Source of the DNA: Octopus bimaculoides
Taxonomy: Eukaryota
NCBI RefSeq assembly: GCF_001194135.2
Contig: NC_068983.1
Span: 43,462,978 to 43,526,977, forward strand
Reading direction: 5' to 3'
DNA: 64,000 nt
In this document: positions 24,900-39,700 of the stretch, in pieces
How the letters are laid out: each line of letters opens with the position of its first letter
How positions within the stretch are numbered: the first letter of the stretch is position 1
The notes under the pieces: generated by a model
Database searches by the model: none
Seen by the model: the letters and a program-made list of their open reading frames with translations, nothing else
What the model was told of the DNA's origin: nothing
Translations under genes and position numbers: made by a program

Positions 24900-25910
24900 C
24901 CTTTCCATTAACACTAACCAGTGATACTGGTTGGCACTGACCAATCCTTTTAACATACTTCACCCCTTCCGCAATATACTTCAAAGTGCTCATTATAACT
25001 CCTTTCCGGATAGAGAGCCCATTCTAGCCAGCCTTTACCATTTGTAACACAGCATCAACCACCCTCAGTTGCATATCACCCACGTCAAACCTATACAGTG
25101 GTTTTATTGGTGTGCTCAAACCTGAGGTCGCCATGAGTGGCTCACTCCATTTCTCATCCGAACATGTGGATTTCAGCTATGCTTCCAGCTCTTATTTCAA
25201 TACCTTCAGGAATTCGAATGCTCTTTCTGCATGCATCGTCCTCTCAAATACATTTTGGTCTTTATAGAAATCCTTTCACCGTTTCTCTCGGTACTTCCTC
25301 TTCTGGAAATGTTATTCTGCCTTTCTCTTGTTTATGAACCTCCCCTTCACATCATCATAGAGCTCTAAACGGCCTGCTTTTATTTCTTCCTGAGCCTTCA
25401 ACATCTGTCTCCAAAGAATTTTTTTTCTAGGCCTGAAATTCGCCAGCAGACGCCGCTTTCTTCGACAACTTCCATCCCAAATTGTTCGGTTTCCTCTACT
25501 CAACATGGACTTGGGGACTTGGCCCCAAATTCTTCCGTTGACCAATATTAACGCAGTTTTAGCACCCTCTGCTTCCCTTCACTTCACTCTTCAATTCCAT
25601 CTTCATTCATTCTTCGTTTGTAGCTACCCGCTGACGGCTACAACATGAAAACCATCCTCTCTCCCTTCTCTTGTGCAGGGTGAGGGTCTGTAGTATTGTG
25701 GTTTGAAACCTAATATAAGGCTAACCGAATCCCGCATTTGCAACCTTTTACTTCCCCATAACCTAGTCTTGGGCACCACAATACCTCTCCACTCACCTTT
25801 ATACACCCTCTTGCATATCTCGGGAAAATCTTCGGATCCCTGTCCACCACAACTTAAGCGGGAAGACGGTTGCAGTAGACGTTTTGTCAAGGAAGCACAC
25901 ACCCACCAAT
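24900..25910 (-). mobile_element. Heavily degenerate non-LTR retrotransposon fragment (RTE-like endonuclease region)
   Basis: Broken minus-strand frames with EWRGIVVPK...SLILG...REDGF...LVNGRIWG segments resembling the APE endonuclease; many stops and frameshifts. Confidence 0.4.
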
Positions 25911-28568
25911 AGGAGTTAAAACCTCTTTATCATTCCAGTAAGTATCAGAGACAACTGGAGGTACGCTTCGGTCTTATTAGCTGTCATCAGTGAATCATAG
26001 ACTTCACTGTACTGTAGAGACGAGAGAATCACTGAGTGTAGTATACTGGCAGGTGTGAAATGATGCCATATTTAGATAATTAATTTCTGTGGCTAATTAC
26101 TCTCTGACGTCACTTACATAAACACTACAACAATTAACTTCAGTAATTAACCATAGTAATTCATTCGCTAAAATATGTTGTTTCGATCCCAGTGACGACG
26201 AATGCGATGACGTCACTATGACGACGAATACGATGAAGTCACTGCTTCGCTGAGGAGACCTAACAAAACGAAAACATGTCCAGAATTGTTTCCCATGTTC
26301 CCATGGTCATTGAGCAAACGTTGTCTTTTCTACACCACATAATTTTTCCTAAATAGAAATAATTATAAATTAAGTGTCATTGTGTTTCATCGTTACATTC
26401 TGAGTTCAAGTTCCCCCTATTCCAGTTAAAGCCCATAAAAGTGGACTCTGGTACACTCTGCTCCTCACCCATCTCCATAAATGATATGACCCAGTGTCTA
26501 TATAAGATTTTATTATTGCTAATTGTTTGGTCTTACTGTCGAAAGAAAGCTAACTCCAATGGTTTGCACCACTTAAATGTGTGGACTGGGAGAGACTCTA
26601 TATCCGTTCCACCTGCAAGAAATAACAGCTAAATTTCCCTTCAATCACATCTTAATGTCTTAAGGAGAGTACGCGCACGTTCTACGATGTGTTCCTAGAT
26701 ACACCGTGAGCTGAAAAGAGATGCCCACGAATGGAACCTTATATATATATATTACATACATACATATATATATGTGAGTGCATGTGTATATGCATATGTG
26801 TATATATATATATATATATNNNNNNNNNNNNNNNNNNNNNNNNNNNNNNNNNNNNNNNNNNNNNNNNNNNNNNNNNNNNNNNNNNNNNNNNNNNNNNNNN
26901 NNNNNNNNNNNNNNNNNNNNNNNNNNNNNNNNNNNNNNNNNNNNNNNNNNNNNNNNNNNNNNNNNNNNNNNNNNNNNNNNNNNNNNNNNNNNNNNNNNNN
27001 NNNNNNNNNNNNNNNNNNNNNNNNNNNNNNNNNNNNNNNNNNNNNNNNNNNNNNNNNNNNNNNNNNNNNNNNNNNNNNNNNNNNNNNNNNNNNNNNNNNN
27101 NNNNNNNNNNNNNNNNNNNNNNNNNNNNNNNNNNNNNNNNNNNNNNNNNNNNNNNNNNNNNNNNNNNNNNNNNNNNNNNNNNNNNNNNNNNNNNNNNNNN
27201 NNNNNNNNNNNNNNNNNNNNNNNNNNNNNNNNNNNNNNNNNNNNNNNNNNNNNNNNNNNNNNNNNNNNNNNNNNNNNNNNNNNNNNNNNNNNNNNNNNNN
27301 NNNNNNNNNNNNNNNNNNNNNNNNNNNNNNNNNNNNNNNNNNNNNNNNNNNNNNNNNNNNNNNNNNNNNNNNNNNNNNNNNNNNNNNNNNNNNNNNNNNN
27401 NNNNNNNNNNNNNNNNNNNNNNNNNNNNNNNNNNNNNNNNNNNNNNNNNNNNNNNNNNNNNNNNNNNNNNNNNTATATATATTCATATATGTATGTGTGC
27501 ATGCATACACATATATTTATACAAGCACCCTCCACACACGTATATGTAAGTAAACACTATCTACACGATAATTAATACTGTCCATTCTTTCTCATTACCT
27601 GTCAACTACCGTGTTAATATTAAAGAACCTTCACTCGTCTTGTAAAAAAAAAAACTGAAAAGCATTATTATTATTTATTTATCATAATTTCCCATCACCA
27701 CCATTCTCATTTTCCTGTAACGAATAGAATATTTAATTTTTTGTTGAAACTATTTGGTAATTATAACTAAAACAACTATACACACAGCACTTAACCTTGT
27801 ATCTTTCTCTCTCTTCTTCCCTGCCTGTTTCTACTCGCACTCACTTTCTCCTTTCCTCTTTCTATCTTTCTCGTGTTCTCTCTTCCCCCTCTCTCTGCCT
27901 GTCTCTGTTTTTTTCCCTCCCTCTCCTGCTTAGCTGCTTCTTTCACCAAGTAGTAATGTTTTTGTGTTTCGTGTGGCAGTAAAACTTCCAACTCACTTAG
28001 CTCTGGTTTCTGTAAGTACTTTCACCGCTTTTATTTATATATAAATAGATAGATATAGATATAATATATGTGATTGCGATTTCGTTGTTTCATTTAAGTT
28101 TTGCTTAACCTGTTATAATACTTTAAATCTTGTCAGGTAATTTATAACAACACTCCCCTAGTTTATGTATGTATTCATTTGATAAATTCATTTCTTGCAA
28201 TAAATATTACTATTAGTAGTAGTAGTATTAAAACCAACTTATTCTAACACTTTGTGTAAAATCTTACAATCTCTAACAATCTTGGTATTTAAAACAACAT
28301 AATCGATCTTTTATGTAAAAAAAAAAGACAAACTAATTTCAACGAGGTACATACATCTGCCAATATATAGGTTAAAAGTACAATATTTATGCATTCGACA
28401 TATATAAATGTTTCACTACACATTGTTCTTTGTTATTTAATTTGATTTTAATCAACTGAAATCTTAAAAACAACGGCTGATAGGGAACGTTTAATTTATA
28501 TTTTATAAGAAACCTGAACTTTAACTAGACTTCAAACGTTACCTGTGCCAATATATTTATATATATAA

Positions 28569-28613
<45 letters not shown>

Positions 28614-31600
28614 GTGTGTGTGTGTGTGTGTGTGTATAGTAAATATATTATGTGTATGTATGTATATGCAATTTGTTTACATCTTGAGAATTTAGAAAGT
28701 TCAGGAGATATAAAATACATCGTTTTGATCGAACTCGAAGTAAATAAAGCTATAAATAACTGTGTGGAACATTGGATTGAGAAACCTCTTAGATGAGAAA
28801 AAAAAAAGTCTTCGACTCTCGATTCCTCCATTCTTCTTTTTCTTCATTCTAGTCATCTCTTCCACGTAATCATTTATTTCGTCACTTTTTAAACGACAGC
28901 CAAATGTTTTAAGCAATTATATATAAATACATATAGACACACACTGCTCACACCCACACACGAAAACGGCGACCAGTTCCTTAATATTACACCTTTCTAA
29001 TACATCAGTCATATCCATTCTTGATTTTATCTCTTCGCCACGATCTCTCTCCCACTATCTATCACACAGACACAGAAATATGTATGTATACACACTCATT
29101 ATATATATATAGATAATACATACATACACACATATAGATACGCACACGTCCGTTTTAGTTGTAGTTCTTATATTTTTATTATGGTAATTGAAAGCAAATC
29201 CTCTTCATTTAGAATATATATTTTTCATTCTCTCTCTGTCTGTCATTAATAATGATAATAATCTACAGTTATACATGCGCGTGTTTGTATGTATGTTATA
29301 TATATATAGTGTGTGCGTGCGCGCGTATGAAGTAGTACATCGCTAATATAATGCACACACCAGACACATGTCCATTTCGCCTCCACACATGACAAATGCT
29401 GTCGTTTCCATGTTTTTTTTTCTTTTTTGGAAAAGCACGAACACACATACACTCTCTCTCCTATATATATATATATATGTATATGTATGTGTATAAAGTG
29501 GCACACCGCTGTATTTAAATACACTCCAACACATGTTTATTCCGCCTCCTCCCTTCCACCATATATGTATATATTTGATTACGTAAATTTTAATTCTTTA
29601 AAGACTAATTTAACTTTTGTATATGAACCAAAAGCGAAAAGAAAAAGAAAGAAAGCTTAATTCCTCTAATTAAACACAATTAGTTCTATCTATCTATCTA
29701 GCTACAAATAGATAGATAGATTTGTCGTTTGTCTTTTCTTCTCAGTCACACGAAAACAATTGGTATGGAAATGTAATTGACAACGGATTTTGTATTTACT
29801 TCATTCTGCCTTTTCATTGCTTTCAATTTTCCCATCGTATGCGGCTAATAAATCTCTTTTCTGTATAATAGAGTAAAAGATATATAACGGTATGCGTTTA
29901 CAAAAGCGTCGAGCAGAGTGAAACCTTTTTGATTTGTAAGCTTTTGTAGGTGGTTAAAAATTGCATTGTAGTGAGTAAAAGCATTATTTAATTTTTTTTA
30001 GCATACATGTAGAAACAGTGAAATTATAACATTTAATTGGTTTAATTATACGTTATGAGCGGTTGAAAAACGAAACTTAGCATTCAGTTCCTTTCAGTTG
30101 AATATTTTGACATGGCGAAATTACAAAATAAATTTGATACTTTCGTTTTGCTTATTAAAAGCTTCACGAAAACGTCACGTTCGCCGACGCTATTGTATAC
30201 TCTTAACACAACATTAAGAATCTCGTAACATTACGTAGATGTGGAATTAACCAAACAAACAAAATACGTAAATCTTGTTGTTAGTGGTGACATTTGCTTA
30301 TATAATAAATGTAGAAACGTGCTTGATATATTTGTAAGATATACAGGAAATATCAACACCGAGACAGATATAAAAGTATAAAAACTTTCTTCAGCCTTTT
30401 TAGAATATAACTATATGTTATTCTTTTTCCCTTTTTTTTTTTTTTTGACGACCGTATCCCGAAGTGAACCATTTAGATGTCATTAATACGGACGACAATA
30501 CCTTAGTGTTATTATTTTTAACACTCACATCTACCCTGTGTATATTCCAATCATGACTAACCTGTCTTTTGAAAGATATCTCTGACTACACTACCGAATG
30601 TGTACTTTCTGTATTTAAACTCGGTGTGGTGTGATCTAAGTGAAATTTGCCTGCTATTTCTTGCAGGCCGGTTAACCGTAGAGGATCGCTTGGTGGCTCC
30701 AACAACGTGGAATGCAGCTAAATATTTGAAATTATTCACACTACACCGTCGTTATCATTGTTTATTTAAGAATGTCAAAGCATTATCCTGCTCTGAATTT
30801 AACTGAATAGTTCTGAGAATCGTGATAATATTAATATATTTTTGTATCAGTTTATGGCCTGAATGAAAGAAGTATGTAGCGGTGAGGTAATTGTGCTCTC
30901 ATTCGCACAACTCTGTCCATTGTATGGCTAGGCGAAATGTGAGTGGGTGAGTGAACTGGTCGCTTATTCATCAAAAGGTGTCCTGGTATTTTGTTATTTG
31001 TCTTTGTGTTTCATTTTCGTTGTCCCCATCCATTTCCTCTCTCTCCCTGTGTGTGTGTGTATAAGCATGGCTGTACGGTAAGAAGTTTGCTTCCCAACCA
31101 CATGATTCTGGGTTCAGTCCCATTGCAAGTGTCTTCTACAATGGCCTCAGGCCAACCAAAGCCTTGTGTTCAGTCCCATTGCATAGTACCTTGGGCAAGT
31201 GTCTTCTACAATGGCCTCAGACCAACCAAAGCCTTGTGAGAGGATTTGGTAAATGGAAACTAAAAAAAAAAAAAAACCTATTGTATATACAGGGCCGGCT
31301 CAAGGTACAGGCAACTCAGGCAGTCGCCTGGGGTGCCATGTTCTGGGGGGTGACAAAGACAAGGAAATTTCCACAACCGTAGGCTTGTACACGCTGAAGT
31401 TCAGCTTGCCCGGGGCGCCAACAACGCTAGGGTCGGCCCTGCGTACATATGTATGTACGTGCATCTTTGTGTCTGTATGACAACCGGTGTTGGTGTGTTT
31501 AATCTCCATGACATAATGGTTCAACAAAAGAGACCGATAGAATAAGTACCAGGTTTGAAGAAAAATACTGGGGTCAATTCATTAGACTGAAATTCTTCAG

Positions 31601-31862
31601 AGGTGGTGCCCCGGCATGGCTGCAGTCATGACTGAAACAAGTGAAAGATAAAAGTGTGAAAAAAAAAAGCCTCTTAAAAGCTACATTAGTAACTTAAGGA
31701 CTTAGAGTTTCATACTAAAGCGCATACATATACATACAAGCTGGCAAACCTGATTATAAAGCTCTACATGCATGAATAAATGCTAAACAATAACATAACC
31801 GAAAAATTTAATCGCTAGAAGTTTTCCATAACAACTTTCCGTTACAAACTAACATACACTCC

Positions 31863-32088
31863 TAACCTTTTTGATACCAACCTGGCTGAAACTGGCCCTG
31901 TAATACAAATGTCTTGCTTCCATAAGTTTTGAATGAAAATTTTCCACCAAACCTTAGTCATAATTTATGTTCCTAGCACTAGCTTAATGATAACTAAGTT
32001 ATTTTACTAAATTCTTTGTTATATTTAAAGTAATTGAAAGAAACACTAAACATCTCAAAATAAATAAATACAGTAACGAAAGGGTTAA
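31863..32088 (+). mobile_element. piggyBac-type MITE (~225 bp, TTAA-CCC...GGG-TTAA). Other copies: 44252-44458 (+), 44483-44711 (+), 48739-48968 (+), 54421-54651 (-), partial ~50135-50240
   Basis: Five similar full-length copies; the best conserved are bounded by TTAACCC/GGGTTAA. Confidence 0.8.
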
Positions 32089-32468
32089 TTATCAAACAAG
32101 TCTCAGCTTACCCTAGAAAATATTAACTAAACAGTGATTATATAAAACTAAGATGAACTCAAATGTACCACAGTTCAATGATGCCTTAGCTGGCTGAAAC
32201 TTCGAAGTCACTGTCAATAATATTCTTGTTAAAGAAGAATAAATTTATGCTCTACTATTAAGTAATCCTTCAGTTTAACGTAAAACTGTTTTTGTTCAGG
32301 AGTGACTGTGTGGTAAGTAGCTTGGTTACGAACCACATGGTTCCAGGTTCAGTCCCACTGTGTAGCACCTTGGGCGAGTGTCTTCTACTATAGCCATGGG
32401 CTGACCAAAAGCCTTGTGAGTGGATTTGGGAGGCGGAAACTGAAAGAAGCCCATCGTATATATGTATG

Positions 32469-32513
<45 letters not shown>

Positions 32514-33432
32514 CACACACATATGTGTGTCTGTGTTTGTCCCCCTGCCATCTGATGTTGGTGTATTTACGTCCTCGTAACTTAGCACTTTGGTAAAAAG
32601 AGATCAGTAGAATAAGTACTAGGCTTACGAAGAATAAGTTCTGGGGTCGATTTGTTTGACTAAAGGCGGTGTTCCAGCATGGCCACAAATGACTGAAACA
32701 AATAAAAGAATAACAGAATACAAAACATAAAGCAGACATTTGTGTGTGTGTGAGGGTGCCTGGCCTAGTGGTTAGGGTGTTGCACTCATGATAATGAGCT
32801 CAGAGTTTCAGTCCCTGGACCAAGAAGTGTATCGTACTTTTAAGCAGATCACTTCATCTCTCATTGCTCTGCAATCACTTCCGCACCTGTTCTGCGAAGA
32901 ATCCTGATGTAGACTAGTGCATTTCCCTATAACTCATCTCTTTGACAGAATTGCAGTCAACTGTGGGTCAACGAAGGGTCATGATTGGGCACTTGGCATC
33001 TATAACATGGTCAGGTGTTCATATGTTTTTACTAGGTGGGCAGCGCCATTGGTGATATGTCAAGTGGTGTACCCCTTAAAGCTGTGATTCTGAAACTAAT
33101 TTTGGCCCCTTCCTTCATGTTCTAACCCAGTGTTTCCCAACCATTTTGTTACCCATGAACCCTTTTGGTTCCTATTTTCCTTAAGTGGATCCTTGTAATC
33201 ATTCAATGTTTAAAAAAAGCCTGTTGTATTTCCATAATTAAATATTATTAATAATTGTATTAAAATATTTTGTGTATATGTTTGTGTCTGTGTTTGTCCC
33301 CCCCCCCAATCATCACCTGACAACCGATGTTGGTGTGTTTACACCCCCGTAACTTAGCACTTTGGTCGATTTGCTCGACTAAAGGCGGTGCTCCAGCATG
33401 GCCGCAGTGAAATGACTGAACAAGTAAAAGAG

Positions 33433-33478
<46 letters not shown>

Positions 33479-35178
33479 ATGTATATATTTGTTTGTGTTT
33501 GTTCACCCACCATCGCTCGACAACCGATGTTGGTGTGTTTACATCCCTGTAACTTAGCAGTTCGGCAAAGGAGGCTGATAGAATAAGTACCAGGCTTACA
33601 AAGAATAAGTCCTGGGGTCAACTTGCTCAACTAAAGGTGGTGCTCCAGCATGGCTGCAGTCAGATGACTGAAACAAGTAAAAGAATAACTGATTTATTGC
33701 AGATAAATTTTAACAACAAAATTTTATATGGATCCCCAAAGGCCATATAAACCCCTGCTCTAACCTTTTGTCACTTAGTATAAAGCTTCTTTTCTCAACT
33801 CAATCAAAGGGATTTTAGTTTTGCAAGGTCCAGGGAGACCTAGCACTCGGTACACTTTGTGGAGTAGTGGGCCTTAGGAAGGGCATGAAAACCATGCCAA
33901 AGTAGACAATGGAGCGTCACATATTCGTCTGTTCTGTGGGATCCTGTCAAACTGTCCAATCCATGCCAGCATGGAAGACAGATGTTAAAAGATGCTGATG
34001 GCATTTTTTTTTCTCTTCTGCTCTTTCTGTAGAATTTGTAACCATAAAATTTCTTCCTTTACGCCGTAGTGTTGGACGCACTTAATAACCATCTTAATTT
34101 TATTGAACATGGCAATTTATCTAGTCCATTGTCATCCCCCAGAGCCACAATTGCCCCTGTTTATTTTAATTCCTGTTATCGAGGCTTAGTGGTGTACAAG
34201 GGAGAGTGGTGATATTTTTGTGGAGATTCTAGCATTGATAAAGATCAGTTCAACAACTTGGTCTAGAAGGCATTCAGCCAACATACAATCAGCACTGGAT
34301 TAACCATTAAGCAAAATAAGCACGTGCTATAATATTATTCAGAATGTTTTATCTCTACCAGTTATAGAAGCAGATGTGTTACGTAAGATTAACTTTGTGG
34401 ATTTGATCAAAGACCTTCCAGTTTAAAAAAGTAGGAGAAAACTTTTTATATATAAAGCAAAAGTTTACAAAGATGAACCAGCGTTGCCTTCTAGCACTTG
34501 TGCTGGTGGCACGTTAGAAAATCATTCAAGCAAGGTCATTGTCAGTGCCGCTGGACTGGCTCCCGTGCAGGTGGCATGTAAAAAACACCTTTTTGAGTGT
34601 GCCCGTTGCCAGTACCGTGTGACTGGCCCTTGTGCCAGTGGCATGTAAAAGCACCCACTACACTCTCGGAGTGGTTGGCATTAGGAAGGGCATCCAGATG
34701 TAGAAACTCTGCCAGATCAGATTGGAGCCTGCTGCAGCCTTCTGGCTTGCCAGTCCTCAGTCAAATCGTCCAACCCATGCTAGCATGGAAAGCGGACGTT
34801 AAACGATGATAATGATGATGATGATTTTACTGTTAGTTTTGTTTTATTTTGAAAAATAAAAATTTATTTTCTGGTTTATAATAGTTTATATTTTGAAGTT
34901 CATATTTATGGGAGCACCAAAAAAATCCTTGAAGTGTTTAGGGCCTTTGTGGGTCTTCATCTGGCCCTGCATACTACAAATAACTTCAAAAAGACCTCTT
35001 TCCTTTAGGGTTAGGCATATTTATACTGCCAGCTGGTCCTGTCCATGATGCATGTAGAGTGACATAGTCCACAGCCATGCTGCACACACTCATGTCTGAA
35101 CAATGCTGACATCAACAGAAATGTCAAACAGCTGTTGTTACATGTAGGACACATCTGGCCATTAGTCAAGTCCAGCTT

Positions 35179-35950
35179 ATCATCATCATTGTTTAATGTC
35201 TGTTTTCCATGCTGGGATGGGTTGGACGGTTTGACTGAGGTCTGGAGAGCCAGTGGCTGCACCAGGCTCCAATCTGATCTGGCAATGTTTCTACAGTTGA
35301 ATGCTCTTCCTAATGCCAACCACTCTGAGAGTGTAGTGGGTACTTGTTATGTGCCACCGGCACAGGAGCCAGTCAGGCGGGCCTGGCATCGATCATGTTC
35401 AGACAGTGCTTTTTACATGCCACCGGCACAAGAGCCAGCCAGGTGGTACTAGCATTGGCCACAATCGGTTGGTGCTTTTTACTTGCCACTGGCATGGGAG
35501 CCAGTCAAGCAAACCTGGCATTTGGATGGTGCTTTTTACGTTTGGATGGTGCTTTTTACATGGCACGGGAGCCAGTCTGGGGGTACTGGCATCAGCCATG
35601 TTTGGTTGGTGCTTTTTATGTGTCACCAGCACAGGAGCCAGTCAGACGGGTCTGGCATCAGCCATGATTGGATAGTGTTTTTTACGTGCCACCAGCACGG
35701 GAGCCAGTCAGAAGGTACTGGCATCGGCCACGATTGGTTGGTGCTTTTTACGTGTCACTGGCACGGGAGCCAGTCATGGGATACTGGCATCGGCCATGAT
35801 TGGTTGGTGCTTTTTATGTGCCACCGGCACGGGAGCCAGTCAGGCGGGCCTGGTATCAGCCATGATTGGATGGTGCTTTTTACGTGCCACCAGCACAGGA
35901 GCCAGTCAGAGGGTACTGGCATCGGCCATGATCAGTTGGTGCTTTTGCCA
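35179..35950 (-). mobile_element. Abundant non-autonomous retroelement with (GAT)n tail; this copy has an expanded ~60-bp internal tandem array. Other copies near 13950-14325, 16620-16975, 34490-34825, 36910-37095, 38230-38550, 46145-46525, 47000-47220, 47700-48000, 48970-49290, 55860-56230
   Basis: Shared GGAAGGGCATCCAGCTGTAGAAAC...CCAACCCATGCTAGCATGGAAAGCGGACGTTAAACGATGATGAT; about 10 tandem units GGTGCTTTTTACGTGCCACC...GGAGCCAGTCA at 35343-35950. Confidence 0.8.
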
Positions 35951-36427
35951 GTCATAATAATCTTTTATGCTGTAAGCACAAGGCCTGGAATTTTGAGAGA
36001 AGGGGATAATCAATGTAACAGACCCTAGTACACAACTGGTACTTATTTTATCAACCCTGAAGGCATGAAAGGCAAAGTCGACTTCAGTGGGATTTGAACT
36101 CAGAACATTAAGACAGACAAAATGCTGCTAAGCATTTTGCCCAGCATGCTAATGATTCTGCCAGCTTGTCACCTTTTTATTGTCAATATTTATGAATATT
36201 ATCCTTTGACCTTTTCTGTGTTTGAAGCTTTTGAAGGTTTTGTTATGACAGCCAATCTTGACAGCTCAGTAAAAATATTTAAAAGTCATTATGTCTATTT
36301 ACTTGTTATATTCTCAGTTAATTAATTTTCTTTTTTTTGTTTTGTTAATTTCAGCAATAATGAGTTGGTGTGAAGATATCTCTCTATTGTAATATCAATA
36401 TCGAAATAAGCAGAGAAAAAAGTGAAA

Positions 36428-36736
36428 ATGAAAGGTGCTAAGGGCCAACGCAAGTTAGTGAAAGCTAACATTGCAGACGGTTCTACCATCATTGTTAAAC
36501 ATCCACAACCAAAACACAGTAACCAAATAAATTCCAAATCTAAAAAGGAGCCAAATAATCTGAGAACCTCCACTGCTTTTAACAACCCTCAACCAGAACA
36601 GGGTATGGATTTGTCTGTGGTGCCAAATAATTCCCATCCGTCCTCATCTTCCAGTAGTTCTATTGTCTATACAAAAGCTAAGAGATACTCAACAGAGCCT
36701 CTGTCAGACTCACTAAATTCCAGTGGACAATTACAG
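36428..36736 (+). CDS. BLZF1: Golgin-45 coding exon 1 (MKGAKGQRKLVKANIADG...SSGQLQ); exon acceptor at 36354/36355
   Basis: Polypyrimidine tract + CAG at 36352-36354, in-frame upstream TAA at 36407, CAG/GTAAGT donor, phase 0 compatible with the next exon; poorly conserved N-terminus. Confidence 0.65.
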
Positions 36737-39700
36737 GTAAGTGTTCATTTATTCAGCTTGGTAATGAAGGGCTTATATCATATCATCATTATCATCTTTT
36801 TAACACTCACTTTCCCATGTTTGCCTGGTTCAAATGGAATTTGTTGAGGAGTTTCCACAGCTAGATGCCCTTGTCACCAACCCTCACCTGTTCCAAGTAA
36901 AGACACCTAAAACACACCCACTACACCCTCAGAGTGGTTGGCGTTAGGAAGGGCATCCAGCGGTAGAAACCTTGCCAGATCAGATTGGAGCCTGGTGCAG
37001 CCGCTGGCTTTCCAGATCTCAGTCAAACCATCCAACCCATGCCAGCATGGAAAACGAACATTAAACGATGATGAGGATGATGATGATGATGATGATGTGT
37101 GTGTATTTTGTGAATTGGTTGTAAACAAACGCTTCACTAATGGTATCATTTGCTTGCTGTCTCCCACAAAAACATTTCTTCGTTTCTTGACATGTTGCAA
37201 ACAAAAAGCCTCATTTTTGTGACATTTGTTTCCTGTTATCTACAGGAGCTTATCTAAGCTGTTTTGTTGCTTGATTGACTGGGAGATTATTACCTCACTT
37301 GCACACAAGTAAGGGTTAGCAATAGGAAGAGCATCCACATATAGAAAACTCAACTCCAGCATATTCGCATTAGGTCCATGCAGGCATGAAAAATATACAC
37401 ATTAAAACATGAGGATAATATACACACACAACTCTTTTACTTGTTTCAGTCATTTGACTTTGGCCATGCTGAGCACTGCCTTTAGTCGAGCAAATCGATC
37501 CCAGGACTTATTCTTTGGATGCCTAGTACTTATTCTATCAGTCTCTTTTGCCGAACTGCTAAGTTACAGGGACGTAAACACACCACCATCAGGTGTCAAG
37601 CGGTGTTGGGAGGACAAACACAGACACACAAACATATATACACACATACATATGTATATATACACATATATACGGCAGTCTTCTTTCAGTTTCGTCTACC
37701 AAATCCACTGACAAGGCTTTGGCCGGCCTGAGGCTATAGTAGAAGACACTTGCCCAAGGTGCCATGCAGTGGGACTGAACCCAGAACCATGTGGTTGGTA
37801 AGCAAGCTACTTACCACACAGCCACTCCTGTGGGAAAAGAAACAATAAAAAAATGAAGACGAAAGAACAGATGCAGCAGACCAGCGTGTGACTGCTGCCA
37901 CTCGCTGTGATGGGCAGGCAAAATAGATGGTGAGGACCTGGTGGATGCAGGAGAGGAAGGAAGGAGGATGAAGAGAAAATGAAATGCTCATGGAGCTGCA
38001 AAGCGTACGACACCATCACATCATCATCATTTAACATTCGCTTTCCTTACTGGCATGAGTGAATGGTTTGACAGGGAACTGGTGATCTGTCAGACTGTGT
38101 CCTGTGTCAAGCTCTGGTGTCAGCTTCAACTGGACGCTCTTCCTTATGCCAACTACTTTACAGAGCACACTGGGTGCTTTTTTTGTGCCAACTGCACTAG
38201 TGAAATTGCCATGCAATCTGTAAGGCATAAAAGGGCCGGTAGCACGTAAAAAGCACCATTCAAACGTGGCTGTTGTCAGTGCCGCCTGACTGGCTCCTGT
38301 GCCTGTAGCACATAAAAAGCACAGTCCACACATGGCCGATGTCAGTGCCCCTGACTGGCTCCTGTGCCAGTGGCATGTAAAAAGCACCCACTACACTCGG
38401 AGTGGTTGGCGTTAGGAAGGGCATCCAGCTGTAGAAACCTTGCCAGATCAGATTGGAGCTTGGTGTGGCCTCCTGGTTTGCCAGTCCCCAGCCAAGCCGT
38501 CCAACCCATGCCAGCATGGAAAGCAGACGTTAAGCGATGATGATGATGAAAAGTACAGAGAGAATGGAAAGGGGAAAAAGCTCACACACCCCCTACCACA
38601 CACACACATGCATGTGGCTGAGCACTCAACAGACACGTGTACCCTTAACATAGTTCTCGGGGAGATTCAGCGTGACATAGTGTGTGACAAGGCTGGCCCT
38701 TTGAAATACAGGTACAACAGAAACAGGAAGAAAGAGTGAGAAAAAACTGTGGTGAAAGAGTATGGCAGGGTTTGCCACCACCCCCTACCGGAGCCTTGTG
38801 GAGTTTTAGGTGTTTTCGCTCAATAAACACTCACAACGCTCAGTCTGAGAATCGAAATCGCGATCCTATGACTGCAAGTCCACTGCCCTAACTGCTTTAT
38901 ATATATATATATATNNNNNNNNNNNNNNNNNNNNNNNNNNNNNNNNNNNNNNNNNNNNNNNNNNNNNNNNNNNNNNNNNNNNNNNNNNNNNNNNNNNNNN
39001 NNNNNNNNNNNNNNNNNNNNNNNNNNNNNNNNNNNNNNNNNNNNNNNNNNNNNNNNNNNNNNNNNNNNNNNNNNNNNAACATTCTTTCCTTATTTATGGT
39101 TTGAAAATATTTTTTTATTGTTTTATTTTATTTGATTTTGGTATTAGTTTTAGTTTTATGATATTTAATTTTTCTTTGACTTTCATGTCCAACCAATGAT
39201 TCTGACGTGTGTGGTTTGGAAGTGTCGGCTTAGACTGTTTGAGTGTGTTGCTTGATTTTCTAGGTTAGACCCCGCTTAGCATGTTATCTTCACTAAGGGA
39301 TCCAGGTGGGTTGATGGCTCATGTTGGTCAACCACATGCCACTGGCACCAGTGAAGTCACTAACTCAAAATTCCTGTTGGATGAGATTCCTCAACTGAGT
39401 TGGGATGCAATATCAAGGGAGGAGGCTTTGTGCCAGGTGTTGAGAGGCTAAAGTATAAAGGGAAGGGATGTGTCTTGTTGTAGAGGAGATATATGGTAAC
39501 CCCAGCAGAGAAGGGAGAAAAGCTGGTGGGGATGAAGTACTAGGACATACTCTCATACAAGAAGATGGATTAAGAGAGAACGGGGACAAGGGATCAAGGA
39601 TAGGCGGATGGGTAAGTTCACAAGACTATGAAAGGAGAGTGACAGACGGTAGAGATGAGGAAAGAAGTGAATAGAGTGAGTGGTGAATGTGGGTGGAGGT

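Noticed and set aside
25958-25996. Hammerhead-like core on the minus strand (CUGAUGA...GACC-GAAG-CGUA)
   Set aside because: GAAA is mutated, stem II is weak and no stem I pairing exists; it may be a fossil but cannot be supported.
28532-28916. Overlapping minus-strand ORFs between NME7 and golgin-45
   Set aside because: No recognisable homology; they run into microsatellites and lack coherent splice sites.
35343-35950. CRISPR-like regular array and the 100-180 aa ORFs over it
   Set aside because: Eukaryotic context, no unique spacers, no cas genes; these are tandem units of a retroelement.
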